Shown here: positions 38,160 to 51,399 of the stretch, one piece after another
Layout: each line of letters begins with the position of its first letter
Position numbering within the stretch: position 1 is the stretch's first letter
Origin: Chiloscyllium plagiosum
Lineage: Eukaryota
Direction of reading: 5' to 3'
Length of the DNA stretch: 64,000 nt
NCBI RefSeq assembly: GCF_004010195.1
Contig: NC_057720.1
Span: 26,823,153 to 26,887,152 of the forward strand
Notes under the pieces: generated by a model
The model's input: only the letters and a program-made list of their open reading frames with translations
Database searches by the model: none
Told to the model about the DNA's origin: nothing
Translations under genes and position numbers: made by a program

Positions 38160-38537
38160 TTTTCAAAGTTTGTGAGAAGATTTGTAGCTCGGGTGCTCGT
38201 TGTTGTAGTTCTGTTCACCGAGCTGGAAGTTTTTGTTGCAAACGTTTCGTCCCCTGTCTAGNNNNNNNNNNNNNNNNNNNNNNNNNNNNNNNNNNNTGTT
38301 CATGGATGTGGATCGTTAGCTGTCTTCCTGTTTGTCCTATGTAGTGTTTTGTGCAGTCCTTGCATGGGATTTTGTACACTACATTAGTTTTGCTCATGCT
38401 GGGTATCGGGTCCTTCGTTCTGGTGAGTTGTTGTCTGAGTGTGGCTGTTGGTTTGTGTGCTGTTATAAGCCCTAGTGGTCGCAGTAGTCTGGCTGTCATT
38501 TCAGAGATGTTCTTGATGCATGGTGGTGTGGCTAGTC
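38160..38537 (-). mobile_element. PLE 3' fragment (GIY-YIG) with terminal repeat; contains a 35-N gap at 38262-38296
   Basis: KDPIPSMSKTNVVYKIPCKDCTKHYIGQTGRQLTIHIHE. Confidence 0.92.
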
Positions 38538-38884
38538 CTTTAGGTGAGATAAACAGTAAAGCAGATAGAGACAAAACTCTATAAAGGTACTTTGAAGATT
38601 AAGTGAATGGAAAAAAATATCTGTGGCAACTGGAGTTCAACATGGAAAAGTGTCCAGTCATCTGAGAATGATGTTCTAAATGGGAACAACTTTGGAGCTA
38701 TCGGGTAGAGAGACTAAGAGGCCCATGTATAGAAATTACTAGAAGCCGGTTGACAGGTAACACAAACAAAGCCAGGCTAATGGAATTTAAGCATTTATCT
38801 CAAGGGATTTGGAATACAAAGGAGTGAAAATCACAGCAGAGTTGCAGAAATCTGTCATAGAGCTGCATTTGAATTTTTTTATAT

Positions 38885-39160
38885 TTAATTCATGGGATAT
38901 ATGGATGGCTGGTTAGGCCAGCATTTATAACTCGGTGAATCTAACACTCTGCCTTGGGTCTAGTCACGTGTATAGACCAGAGCAGTTTGGGATGGTAGAT
39001 TCAGCCTTCCCTAAAGAACATTCAGAAAATACGTTTTATGGCAATGATTACACTACATTAGACTCACTGCTATGATACAATTTGAATGCATAGCCTCAGG
39101 ACATCAGCTCGAGGCCTTGGATTAATAGTCCAGTGACATACCACCATGCCATCATCTCCC
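38885..39160 (-). mobile_element. tRNA SINE (44578 family), decayed
   Basis: ttcatgggatat...ggccagcatttat...taatagtccagtgacataccaccatgccatcatctccc. Confidence 0.7.
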
Positions 39161-39546
39161 TTAACCACTGTCAGTTCTGAGCACCACACTTCAAGAATTG
39201 ATAAATTAGTCCTGAGGAATGAGACATCAATCTAGAAGGGGATGGAGGACATTTTTGGCAGAATGTTATCAGTTCTAAATTGATTAAATTGTGTAGACAG
39301 GTTACATAGACTATGATTATATTCCTTTGGATCTAAAGAATGAGGGTCATCTAATTGACATGTTTAAGGTGACTAAATGATTTGATAAGTTCGGTATTTC
39401 CTCAAGTGAGAGATTCCAGAATAAAGCATGAACCTTAAAATTAGAATTCAGGCAATCAGGTGTGACTATATTGAGTATAGTGGAAATTTGGAAACATCTC
39501 CTCCAAACAACTTAACATCCATTTCTTTCTGAATATGGCTAATCTC

Positions 39547-39552
<6 letters not shown>

Positions 39553-39577
<25 letters not shown>
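39553..39577. repeat. (TA)n microsatellite
   Basis: Direct reading. Confidence 0.95.
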
Positions 39578-39874
39578 TTACACAAACAAAATGATTTTCC
39601 TTCCCTACCTTTTCTATATTTCTGAAATTTATTACATCTTTGAATTCCAAATTAATTCCCATCTTAACACATAATTACATTGAATGTACATTACAAAGAC
39701 AAGTCATTCAGCACTAGTTCCAGGGTTTACCTCCATTCAACCTCTCTCCCACCCTCTGTGACCATATCCTTCTATTCCTTTCACCCTCATCTATCTATTT
39801 ACCTTCCCTAAAATGTATCAATGCTATTTACGGGGGTTGGGGCTGGGGAGATATTATATTAGATTTTCTACAGT

Positions 39875-42060
39875 TGAGAGTGTGGAGCTGGAAAAGCACA
39901 GCATGTCAGGCAGCATCTGAGGACCAGGAGAATCGACATAAGCCCTTCATCAGGATGAGGTTTGTGGGCTGGGGGGCTGAGAGAAAAATGGGAAGGGAGT
40001 GGTGGGGGAGGAAGGTAGCTGAGAATGCATAAGGTGGATAAGGGTGAGAGAGAAGGTGTTAGGTCAGAGAAGAGGGCAGAGTGGATAGATGGGAAAGGTG
40101 ATGGACAGGTCATGAGGGCGGTGCCCAGTTGAAGGCTTGGGACTGGGATAATGTGGGGGAAGAGGAAATGAAGAAACTGTTGAAATCCACATTAATCCCA
40201 TGTGGTTGCAGGGTACCAAGACAGAATATGAGGTATTCTTCCTCCAGGCGTCAGGTGGTAAGGGTTTGGCGATGAAGCAGACCCAGGGCCTGCATGTCCT
40301 TGACAGAGTGGGAGGGGGATTTGAAGTGTTCAGCCATGGGGTGATGGGGTTGGTTAGTGCAAGTGTCCCAGAGATGTTCTCTGAAATGATCCGCAAGCAC
40401 ACATCCTGTCTCCCCGATGTAGAGGTGACTACCTCGGGGGCAACAGATGCAGTAGATGACATTGGTGGAGGTACAGGTAAATTTCTGTCGGGTGTGGAAG
40501 GATCCTTTAAGGCCTTGGAAGGTGGTGAGGGGAGTGGTGTGGGCGCAGATTTAGCACTTTTTGCGGTGGCAGGGGAAGGTGCCAGGAGTAGGCTGTGGGC
40601 TTGTGGGGGCCATGGACTTGATGAGGGAGTTGCAGAGGGAATGGTCTCTCTGGAACGCTATTACAGGTGGGGAGGGAAATATATCTCTAGTGATAGGGTC
40701 TGTTTGTAGGTGGCAGAAATGGCAGAGGATGTATGCGGAGGTTGTTGGGGTGGAAGGTAAGGACCGGGGGGTTCTGTCCTTTTTGTGTTGGGAGGGGTGG
40801 GGTTCAAGAGTGATGGTGCAGGAAGTGGAGGAGATGTCAACCATGTGGGAAGGGAAATTGCGATCTTGGAAGAAGGAAGCCATCTTGGACTTTCTATGGT
40901 GGAATTGGTCATCCTGGGAACAGATGCGACGGAGGCGGAGGATTTGGGAATAAGGAATGGTGTTTTGACAGGAGGTAGGGTTGGAGGAGGTGTAGTCTAG
41001 TTGGCTGTGGGAGTTGATGGGCTTGCAGTAAATGTATGTGATTAGTCGGTCACCAGAGATGGTGATGGAATGGTCCAGGAAGGGGAGGGAGGTGTCTGAG
41101 ATGGTCCAGGTGAATTTGACACCGGGGTGAAAGATGCTGGTGAAGTTGACGAACTGTTCAACCTCCTCATGGGAGCATGAGGTAGCATCAATATTGTCAT
41201 CAGTGTAGTGGAGGAACAGGTTGGGAGTGGTGCCGATGTAGCTGCGGAAGATGGACTGTTCCAAGTACTCAACAAAGAGGCAGGCAAAGCTGGGTCCCAT
41301 GTGGGTGCCATGGCTAACCCTTTGGATTGGAGGAAGTGGGAGGATTAGAAGGAGTAGTTGTTAAGGGTGAGGACCAGTTCAGCCAGGCGGATGAGGGTGT
41401 CGGTAGAAGGGTACTGTTTGGGACGATGTGAGAGGAAGAAACAGAGGGCTTGGAGACCTTCGTCATGATGTATACAAGGACTGGATGTCCATGGTGAAGA
41501 TGAGGTGCTGGGAGCCAGGGAAACGAAAGTCTTGCAGGAGGTGAAGGGCATAGGTGGTGTCCCGAACATAGGTAGAGAGTTTCTGGACTAAAGGGGACAG
41601 GACGATGTCAAGGTATGCAGAGATGAGTTCAGTCAGACAGGAGCAGGCTGACACAATGGGTCAACTGGGGAAATCCTAAATTAATCTGGTCCCATTTTCC
41701 ACCATTTGGCCCATATACCTTCAAACCCTTCTTAATCATGTTCCCATCCAGATGACTTTTAAATGTTGTAATTGTATCAGCCTCCACCACTTCCTCTGGC
41801 AGCTCGTTCCGTACGCATATCACCGTCTGTGTGAAAACATTGTCCCCACATCTCTTTTAAATCTTTCTCCTCTCACGTTGAACCGATGCCCTCTAGTTTT
41901 GGACTAGAGTATCCCTGGTGAAGATGAGGTGTTGTGAATCCTTGGTAGGAGGTAGAACTGGACAGTATGGGGTTCACGAATGACAAGGTTGGAGGCTGTG
42001 GATAGGAGATCCCCAGAGGTGATGAGGTTGTGGATGGTGTGGGAGATGATGGTTGTGGAA
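39875..42060 (-). mobile_element. Penelope-like retroelement (RT + GIY-YIG + pLTR), disrupted
   Basis: YVRDTT..LIFTMDIQSLYTS; GPSFACLFVEYLEQ..HYTDDNI..KFTWTISDTSLPFLD..IPYSQILRLRRICS; pLTR at 39875-39955. Confidence 0.95.
41677..41934 (-). repeat. Near-identical inverted copy of 42459-42714 (PLE/CR1 junction) inserted in the PLE
   Basis: About 5 substitutions and one 2-bp indel over ~257 bp by manual comparison. Confidence 0.92.
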
Positions 42061-42482
42061 ACCCGCAGACAAGGGGGCGTAGGAGTAGTTTGGCACCACG
42101 ACATCTACACTGCTGAAGCCAGGCACCAACTCGCACACACCTCCTCATACTTTCCCCTCGATCATGACCTCATCTCCTATTACCCTATCAACAACCTCAT
42201 CACCTCAGGAGATCTCCCACCAGCAGCCTCTAACCTCACAGTCTAGGAACCCCACACCGCGCGTTTCTACCTCCTACCAAAGATTCACAAACCTGACTTC
42301 CCCGGTCAACCCATTGTCTCAGCTTGCTCCTGTCCCACTGAACTCATCTCTGCAGACTTTGACACCGTCCTGTCCCCCTTAGTCCAGAAACTCCCCACCT
42401 ACGTTCAGGACACCACCTACACCTTCACCTCCTCCAAAATTTTTATTTCCCTAGTCCCCAACACCTCATCTTCACCAGGGAC
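42058..42482 (+). mobile_element. Oppositely oriented PLE RT N-terminal segment
   Basis: KPADKGG-like start; [47 protein letters not shown]. Confidence 0.9.
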
Positions 42483-42484
42483 AC

Positions 42485-42795
42485 TAGTCCAAAACTAGAG
42501 GGCATCGGTTCAACGTGAGAGGCGAAAGATTTAAAAGAGATGTGGGGACAATGTTTTCACACAGACGGTGATATGCTTACGGAACGAGCTGCCAGAGGAA
42601 GTGGTGGAGGCTGATACAATTACAACATTTAAAAGTCATCTGGATGGGAACATGATTAAGAAGGGTTTGAAGGTATTTGGGCCAAATGGTGGCAAATGGG
42701 ACCAGATTAATTTAAGATATCTGGTCAGCATGGATGAGTTGGACTGAAGGGTCTGTTTCCATGTTGTACATCACTATGACTCTGTAACTCTAAGT
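42485..42795 (+). mobile_element. CR1 3' end fragment
   Basis: aactagagggcatcggttcaacgtgagagg..RNELPEEVVEADTITTFKSHLD; tail ctatgactctgtaactcta. Confidence 0.9.
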
Positions 42796-43864
42796 TGAAA
42801 CATTTTCATCATGCTTATCTATAAAATACGTATATAATTAAGTATCTTTATTATTCAACTACTCAACCTTTTCTTGACTGGGCAAAACCTCTCAGTTCTG
42901 GTCTTCATTTAAGCATATCTCTACACACATTTCTTTTCCCTTTGGGGATTAGGTTGAAGAATTCTTGTGCTGATTGACAGCTCACTAAGTTACTTAATAA
43001 ACACTTCTCTCACACCGGATAAGTCCTATTGCAGAATTAAAAAACCTGGAGCCACCAGTTCTGAGATAGGGGCATTACACCTGTGCCACAAGACTGTCAT
43101 TTAATTCCAGTAACACTTGTAAATTGCTTCAGTACCTTAAACCAATGCCTTTATATTCTTTTTAGCAATAGAAAGACTACAGCAGCATTCAGTATTCAAA
43201 GAATGATCTAACCAAAGTTTGATGAAGTTCAGCATAATTTCTCTGCTTTTCAATTTTATCCCTCCAAGCAATAAGTGTCAGTGATTTATCTATTGTTTAT
43301 CTGGTGTGAGAAAGTTGAACTTTGTTCAATCATGTGTAACTTGGTGTTTATCAATATTTCAATTAATATAATTTGATGAACAATGAAAAAGCCTTGAAAG
43401 TGCAATTTTATATGTGAAGTGTGCCATTAAATGATTAATTAGTTGGGCCAGGATTATCTCTGTTGGCTTCAAAACCCCACTATCTTACTCAAATGTGAGC
43501 AACCCTGCCTCAATGTGATTTTCCACAGAGCGCACAGAAGTCATGATTAGAAGGTAAGTTTAATGTTGCCATCACCTATCCTCAAAGCCACAATCAATTG
43601 GAGATCTACCAGTTTGAACACAACAGCAGATGTCATGGCAGCTTTTGGCAATGTTTACAACTGAATACTCTCTCTCTCTCTCCCAACGTTTTTAAACTTT
43701 GTTTTAAACTTTGTTTTAAAAATGGTCTTTGAAGTTCGGCTACCACTGTGGGGGAATGGAGAACTGCACCAGAGATTGAGGAGGTCTGTAGGCCTGTCAG
43801 ACTCTTCCACGTTCTGTCACTGAGAGGCCATATCCAGACTGCTATTAACCAAAACCTTCCACAA

Positions 43865-44290
43865 AATCACAGAGTTGTTGCAGTGCTGAAGAAGACCATT
43901 CAGCCCATCATGTCTGCACTAGTGGTCTGCGGATTTTGATTTAGTGCCAATTTCCTGCCCTTTCCCGATAACCCTGCACATTGTTTCCATTTAAATAATC
44001 ATCCAATGACTTTGAATGTAATTGAACCTGCTTCCACAACATTTCCAGGGAATGCGTCCCAAAGCCCAGACCTGTGTATAATAGTCTGGCTGTGGCACAA
44101 CTAACGTCTGACTTAGCTTCATCATAATCTTCCAGCTCTTGTACTCTATTTCTCTAAGCATGAAGCCTGTAATATGGTACATTTTATTGCCAGCACTGTT
44201 ACCCTTCCTGCCAAGTTTAATGACTTATATAAGATCTCTCTTTCTCCTGAACACCCCTTAAAATAATGCCCTTTATTTTATATTGTATGT
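43865..44290 (-). mobile_element. Decayed CR1 3' fragment
   Basis: IEYKSWKIMMKLSQTLVVPQPDYYTQVWA. Confidence 0.7.
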
Positions 44291-44577
44291 TATACTGTCC
44301 ATTCTGCAAAGCCTGCAGGCTACTGGAAAATCTTGAAAGCCTCCATAATTAGATTTTATTGGATCCTGCATTAGGTCAAGCTTTATCAGAATATTCCATT
44401 CTTTAATTTAATTTCTACAAGATTTTTTATCAGAAGTGTTTATATGCTACTGCTTATAGTTTTGAGTGTTTGTGTAGCTTTGATTAAAAATAAAATTCTT
44501 TAATGTGATTGGCAACTTGGAGAGCTTGATGCTATCACTCCTGCTACAGTTTGGGCATTCCTAGTGTTGTGTGTGCT

Positions 44578-45195
44578 GAGGCAATGGCCTACTGGTATTT
44601 CCACTGGACATATAATCAAGAGATCCAGGTAATTTTTTTTTAGATTAGATTACATTGCTTACAGTGTGGAAACAGGCCCTTCGGCCCAACAAGTCCACAC
44701 TGACCCGCCGAAGCATACCCCACCCAGACTCATTCCCCGACATTTACCCCTTCACCTAACACTACGGGCAATTTAGCATGGCCAATTCACCTAACCTGCA
44801 CATTTTTGGATTGTGGGAGAAAACCGGAGCACCCCCACGCAGACACGGGGAGAACATGCAAACTCCACACAGAGGGTTGCCTGAGGTGGGAATTGAACCT
44901 GGGTCTCTGGCGCTAACCATTGTGCCGCCAAATATTCTCAGGGCCCAGGTTTGAATCCTACCATACAGATAGTAGAGTTCGAATTCAATAAAAATCTGGG
45001 ATTAAGAGTCTAGTGGTGGCCATGACTCCATTGCCAATTGTCAGGAAAAACTCATCTGGTCTATTAATGTCCTTTAGGGAAGGCATCTGCCATCCTCACC
45101 TGCTCTGGCCAACATGTGAATCCAGGCCCTCAGCAATGTGGTTGACTCCTATCTGCCCTCTCGGCAATAAATGCTGGCCTAGTCAACCACAACGT
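44578..45195 (+). mobile_element. tRNA-derived SINE with LINE-derived tail, interrupted by an HE1 SINE
   Basis: gaggcaatggcctactggta head; ggtttgaatcc B box; tail ggcaataaatgctggcctagtca shared with the LINE at 36650-36690. Confidence 0.8.
44641..44929 (-). mobile_element. HE1-like SINE
   Basis: Colinear with 32761-33080, with two small deletions. Confidence 0.92.
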
Positions 45196-45254
45196 TATCC
45201 TCCAAAGAGTTCTTGACTGAAGTGGCAATGTCTCTATCTCTGAACTAAAAGGAC

Positions 45255-45958
45255 TTAAATGCATTTGGAAAGGGAAGGACTGATTAGGGATAGTCAGCAT
45301 GGCTTTGTGTATGGGAAATCATGCACAACTTGATTGAGTTTTTTTGAAGAAGTAACAAAGAGGACTGATGAGGGCGGAGTGGTAGATGTGATCTATATGG
45401 ATCTCAGTAAGGCGTTCGACAAGGTTCATCATAGGAGACCTCATGGAATACAGGGAGAATGAGCCATTTGGATAAAGAACTGGCTTTAAGGTAGAAGACA
45501 GAGGGTGGTGGTGAGCTATAGAGAGAGGCTGAACAGGCTGGGCCCGTTTTCCCTGGAACGTCGGAGGCTGAGGGGTGACCTTATAGAGGTTTATAAAATC
45601 ATGAGGGACATTTATAGAGTAAATAGAAAAGATCTTTTCCCTGGGGTGGGGTAGTCCAGAACTAGAGAACATAGGTTTACGGTGAGGGGGGAAGGATATA
45701 AAAGAGACCTAAGGGGCAACTTTTTCACACAGAAGATGGTGCATGTATGGATTGAGCTACCAGAGGAAGTGGTGGAGGCTGATACAATTACAGTATTTAA
45801 AAGGCATCTGGAAGTGTATATGAAAAAGGAAGGCATTAGAGGGATATTGGCCAAATGCTGGCAAGTGGGGCTAGATTGGGTTGGGATATCTGGTCGGCAT
45901 GGATGAGTTTCAGCAAAGGATCTGTTTCTGTGCTGTATATCTCCATGACTCTATGACT
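45255..45958 (+). mobile_element. CR1 RT/3' fragment with a large internal deletion at ~45512
   Basis: SQHGFVYGKS..VDVIYMDLSKAFDKV..RQRVVV joined directly to SYRERLNRLG..RRLRGDLIEVYKIMR. Confidence 0.9.
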
Positions 45959-46379
45959 GGTTTCAAATGCCACCTGTCAATGAGGTATCATAACATGCCT
46001 GAACAGGTTAGTTAAATATAAGTGGAATGCTGCAATTGAAAGCACAGTGATAGAGGCACAATTCTAACTGGACAAATTGCTGGATCTCACTACAAGGGCT
46101 GAATCATACAACATTATTGGTTAAGTCCAAGTGTGTCCAATATTTTGGAGGGATTCTCACCAAGAGGCCTGGCAAGATTTCTCACTGTAACTTACCAAAC
46201 TCACATCATTGACTATTTCCCCCACCCCTATGGAGCATCTCATATCTAATTCTCATCCTATTTTGCTACCCGCTATTCCCAAATCTATTCACCATTCATT
46301 GGGTAGCTGATTAAGGATCAGCATCTCTCACATCCATGCCACCTTCAAAAGGTCACTGTGTGCCTGGATGAGCACTGGC

Positions 46380-46610
46380 ATCCCAAACCTGCCCTGCTCG
46401 GTCAAGGACTTGTTCAGAAGATGTTTGAGAATTCGAAGATGGCACCACAATTCTCCAACAGAGACCCAAAGGTTCTGGTCAAGGCATGATGTAAAGGGTG
46501 AGGACCAACAAAGGAGGGCACAACACCACATCCTTGTCCGAGGGCACTACCCAGGTCAATGTGGTCACTATGGTTTGGAGGAATAGCCAGCAGTGCCACT
46601 AGATGGCCAA
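46380..46610 (+). mobile_element. Possible PIF/Harbinger Myb/SANT ORF remnant
   Basis: MAPQFSNRDPKVLVKA* from 46439 resembles the APRFSxxDLEVLxxAV start of Harbinger Myb/SANT proteins. Confidence 0.4.
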
Positions 46611-47854
46611 TTACCTTCTCCCTGGAACCAGAGTAAGAGCCACACTTTTCCCTCTGTAACCTCACACCCATTCTCTCACTACTATCTCAACCACCTGGCA
46701 ACAAGGCTTATGCTCAGTCACTACTGCCTACAACATCTTGCCTCCCCTCACTCTCACCCACCCTCTCCCCTGCAAACATCCCACACCACTAAACCTGCAC
46801 GCTCTTAGCATATCAATAATAGATTCACTATGTCTAGTAAATCCTGTCCTTCACAGGGGAAGACTGAGCTGTGCTGTTTTGAAATCAGACCTTGTTTCCA
46901 TTGAATTCAGAGCATACTCCATTGCATTTATTCTCTTATCAATTTTGAGTACAAGGTAAAAAGAGAAAGAACCACAAACATTCAGCAGTCATTTAATTAA
47001 TATTTATTTCAGTTTACCTGATGAAACACTAATGCAGTGATAATTTGATCATTTGTCAATTGGATTTTGCTATTGACCATATATTGATACTAAACTGTTT
47101 CTTGATGCACCACTGAGTGTTAAGTGCCACTGTGTAAAGATGATAGATTGTAATAAATGAATTTAAAGCAGTTTCAATTTCATCAGGGTACAATATACTT
47201 CAGACCAAAATGCTGGCGAGTCTGATCCAGTGAGAAAGCAGTGATATATTGTGCTATGGAAGAGATTTCCTTCAGATTCATTGTAACCAACCTTTTAAGT
47301 GTTTTTTCTTGGTTGGTGGGTTATACCTTTCAAGATGTAGCTGATGCATTTTTTTCTCAACCACTGTCAATACTAAGTATTAAGATGTAAGAATATTTGT
47401 ATGCGAGATAAGGTTCCACTCACACTGCCTTAACAGTAGTGCTCATCTCAGTGGAACACCCCAACCAACCAAAACGATATTTTAATTTCAGCCACCAACA
47501 AACTCTGTGTACTTTCTCAGCTAACCTAAAAGGTAAAGATTCCATCTGGTGAAAAGAGAAATGATGGCCAGAAATAAAAAGTAAACTAACTTATCATCTC
47601 CCTCCCTTACCTCCTGCAGTGAACAACTTTCCATATTTGCCTTCTTGTTAATAATGAAAGAAAGCTTCCTTGGATCCTGATGGGACATTTACAGATGGGA
47701 CATCAGCTTTCAATGTTACTGCACATTTCCCACCCTGCATTCAGTCTGCCTATTGCAAACATTGAATTCCATCAACATTATTGCCTGCTTGAAACAGGTA
47801 GTTAAAGAGCTCTTTTCATTTTCATTTGCTACTCCATTGGAATGTATATTTTTA

Positions 47855-48190
47855 TTATTCATTCATGGGATGTGGCCATCACTGATGAGGCCAGCATTTA
47901 TTGCCCATCCCTAATGTCCCAGAGGGCAGAAACGAGTGAACCACATTACTGAGAGTCTGGAGTCACATCTAGGCCGGATCAGGTACAGATAGCAATTTCT
48001 TTCCAATGGATTTCTCTGACACTCGACAGTTAGATTCATGTCATCATTACACTTTTGATTCCAGAGTTTTTTCTAATGAATTCAAGTTCCACTGCGTGCC
48101 ATGGCAGGATTCGAAACCGGGTCTCCAAAACATTATCAGAGTTGCTGGCTAAATAGTCCAGCGATAATGCCACAAGGCCATTATCTCCCC
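47855..48190 (-). mobile_element. tRNA SINE (44578 family)
   Basis: attcattcatgggatgtggcc..ggccagcatttattgcccatccctaat..ggattcgaaacc..aggccattatctcc. Confidence 0.85.
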
Positions 48191-49349
48191 CTAACTACTT
48201 CCAAATGCCATGTATTGAAAAGATTGGTGATGCCATGCCAATGAGACAAAATGGTACGAGAGGTGGACTGCCAACATTCCGTAACCATATATTTTTGAAT
48301 ACTAGGGTGGCTAAGGGATATTGGTATAGGGTGGGAAGGTGACTTGATGCAGTTGATCAATCAAGTTTTCATTACATAATGGAGCAGGTTTGAGGATCTA
48401 TGGCCCATTCCTGGTGGAGAAGTGGGACCTGATGTATTGCTCTTGCTGTCACACATACAATGAACTGAATGTGCTGGAACTTTTATGTGATTTCTTATTT
48501 TTGAATGTTTTTATATACAAATCCAGGCAGAACTACAAGGCAATGATAACAGAAACTGCCTTCCTAGTTTAGGATTCCCCAGAAAACAAATGATGAACTA
48601 ATCTATCTGCTGCAAGAAGGCATGTTGTTATTCTTTAATAAATCAATATCACTGTTAGACATAGTTAAGGTCATTTCTCCCTTTACATTTCTGCCACTAC
48701 CTTAAACTCCTTCTAAGTTAGAACAGAAGTCATCTGAGGTGATGCTGATGGTTGTATCAAACATGTGCCTGAACAATTGTTGAGTAAGGCCGGACTTTCC
48801 ATCTCCTTCCCCACAGAATTACAAGACGATTGAATTCTCCAAAATATCTCCACAAGGAATAATTGAGAGTATGTGTTACACTTTTGTGTTTTTGCTAACC
48901 TTCTTACTCTGGATTATTTGCCTTTTTATATCTTAGGAGTCTTTGCATCCAAGGATCCATATCTTCAACAGTGTTGGCTACTACTTTGAGATCTAGGGAA
49001 ATATTTAATAATGCAGCCAAGAGATGAACAGAAAACACATCTTACCATTGCTTTTAGCTTTTGGACTTGCCTTGTGTGTGTAAAATGTGTCATTCCAGAA
49101 ATGTGCCTTCAGAAATAATAGAACATGACAGAAGTCTTCAATATAAATTAAAGTTATAAAGCAAATTTACTTCACAGGAGTTTAACATACACATTAGAAA
49201 CCTTCATTCCATTTAGTAATGCAATGTCTCATTCCTCCTAAGGACAAAGCAAAAATAAGTTTACAATTCTAACCTCTTGGAAATAAATAAATTTTAAAAT
49301 GCACATGAGTGACTGGAAGTTTATTCAGATCTACTGAAACACTATCTTT

Positions 49350-49925
49350 GTGACTTTTTGAAAGTATTCTTGGGAAGTGGGCATTCAATGAGACCATTTG
49401 TTCCACACCTCTCAATCTTCTTGGCAAAATGGTTATGTAGCTTATCATGGATCATCGCTATCCAAGTGGCAAAGGAAACGGTTACAATCCTGTAACTTAG
49501 GGAACTCCCATATTTTGACCCAATGGCAATGGAGGAATGGTAATATTTCCAATTCAGGATAGTTTGTGACTTGGAAGAGAATGTGGAGTTTAATAGTGGT
49601 TTCCCACCCCCATTGTTTCCCTTTTCAGTGTTACAGGGTGTGGGTATAAAAGATGCTGAAGAAGCCATGGTGACACACTGAAGTACATTCTGCAGATAGT
49701 AATGCAGGCAAGGTGGAGAAGTGAATGTTTTAAACTCAAGAAAGGGATGTCAATAAAGCAGACCCTTTTGTTTTGGATGTTGTTGCGCTACTTAAATACT
49801 TTTGCTATTGCAGTCACCCAGTCAAGTTGACATATTCTATTGTATTCCTGACTTGGGTTTAGTACGTACTGGAGAAGCTTTCAAGAGGCAGGGGATCAGT
49901 CAATCATTGTGTGGGATACCAAGGT
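49350..49925 (-). mobile_element. Decayed LINE 3' fragment (36130 family)
   Basis: gggaactccatattttgacccaatggcaatggaggaatggtaatatttccaattcaggat. Confidence 0.7.
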
Positions 49926-51173
49926 ATTCATTTCACTCACAGCAATGTGATAACTTTGGAGCAGGAACAGCTCTGAGGAAATTTTCAGCCATTGTATTTC
50001 TCCTTTCTTTAAATAATATCAATCTGACTGCTTCCACCTGGTTGCTTCTCTGAGATATAAAACCCTTTGCACTTGTGGAACTTAATTTAAACAGAATGGT
50101 CTTTTTTTTATATTCAGTACAGGAGCTAAAAGACCAACTAGATTTGGAGTAGCTGATCCGTCAAATTTAAAAAGTAACTATCGATCAAACATAATCATAT
50201 CTCAGTCTGAATTAATCTTTGTCAGCCTCTGAAGTCCACAACCGATGAAACTAGCAACATTGTAAATGGACAGTTACGATCTGAACAATAGTCTTTTTTT
50301 TAAAATGTCTTTTCCTGAATTTAAGAGACAAGCACTGACTAAAACTAGATTGAGATACACAATGTTTGACACACAATTTAGATGTGCCAATGACCAGAAA
50401 CATTGTGAGAACAATTGAGCAGCGCCAGCATGCTCTGTCCATTGGTGTGATCACCAGGTTATTCTGTCTGCCCTAATAGACAAGATGTGCCAATGTTAGA
50501 ATGCTGGGTCCAAGACAACCCCAACAGAGATTGCATTGAAAGAAATTTTGATTGATATTTTTGTGATCATGTATATCCCTATGTGTCAGTCTGTGGAAAG
50601 TAGAGCTGAAACACAATAAGGATACGTCAACTTTCATTAGTAAAAAGAAATACATTGGACATCAAGGGAGGGATATATTTTGGGAAACTCTTGTAAGATT
50701 TTAGTGTGAATCTGAGATGGAAGTTTCAGCAAATATGAATAACTGTCATGTATTGATAAACATCCCTGTGTATCATATAGAACACTTCAGCAGTGAAAGA
50801 CCCCATTTGAATTATTGTGCTAATACTGACTCATTGAAAGAGCTATAGAATTAGTACCACCCCCTTATTGCTTCCCCAATGTGCTGTAAAATTTATCCTT
50901 TTCAAATCTTGGTGAGTATGCCAGTGATCTAACTATCTTTCCTCATTGTATTTGACCTGTCCACAGCCTCAGCACAGATGACTATTCCTGCTCCACCAAT
51001 ATGTCTGATTTACCAAACAGCTGGTTGGGACTGTCCTAACGTGGTTCCTTTCCTATTCTTCTTTTCATACCTAGAGAATCACAAGTTACAGTTTCTCTTC
51101 TTACTTCTGCACCAATCTTCTCACTCAGCTAATTATCTAGGTCCTAATTTTTGCAATTTCCCCCATAAACTGC

Positions 51174-51194
51174 TCTCTCTCTCTCTCTCTCTCT
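51174..51194. repeat. (CT)n tract within an L2-like remnant (~50920-51350)
   Basis: Direct reading. Confidence 0.8.
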
Positions 51195-51399
51195 AGTCAC
51201 TTGTGAAGTGCTCATCAAAATCTACTGCTTTTGTTTTCTAGTCTGTGTTCTAACTTCTCCTCATGAAGCTCAAAGTAATTACTTCCATGAAACACCTTGT
51301 GACATCTTTTTTATGTTGAAGATGGTGTATTAGTGCAATTTGTTGCCATTTAGCCAAATTCTTTTGAAAACTAGGACTAAATGTTTCCACCAACATTTC

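Noticed and set aside
40200..41000. Plus-strand ORFs of 71-169 aa
   Set aside because: Antisense shadows of the minus-strand PLE ORF
49046..49106. Possible 61-nt minus-strand exon ending at gtaaga
   Set aside because: Peptide AHFWNDTFYTHKASPKAKSN is unrecognised and there are no partner exons
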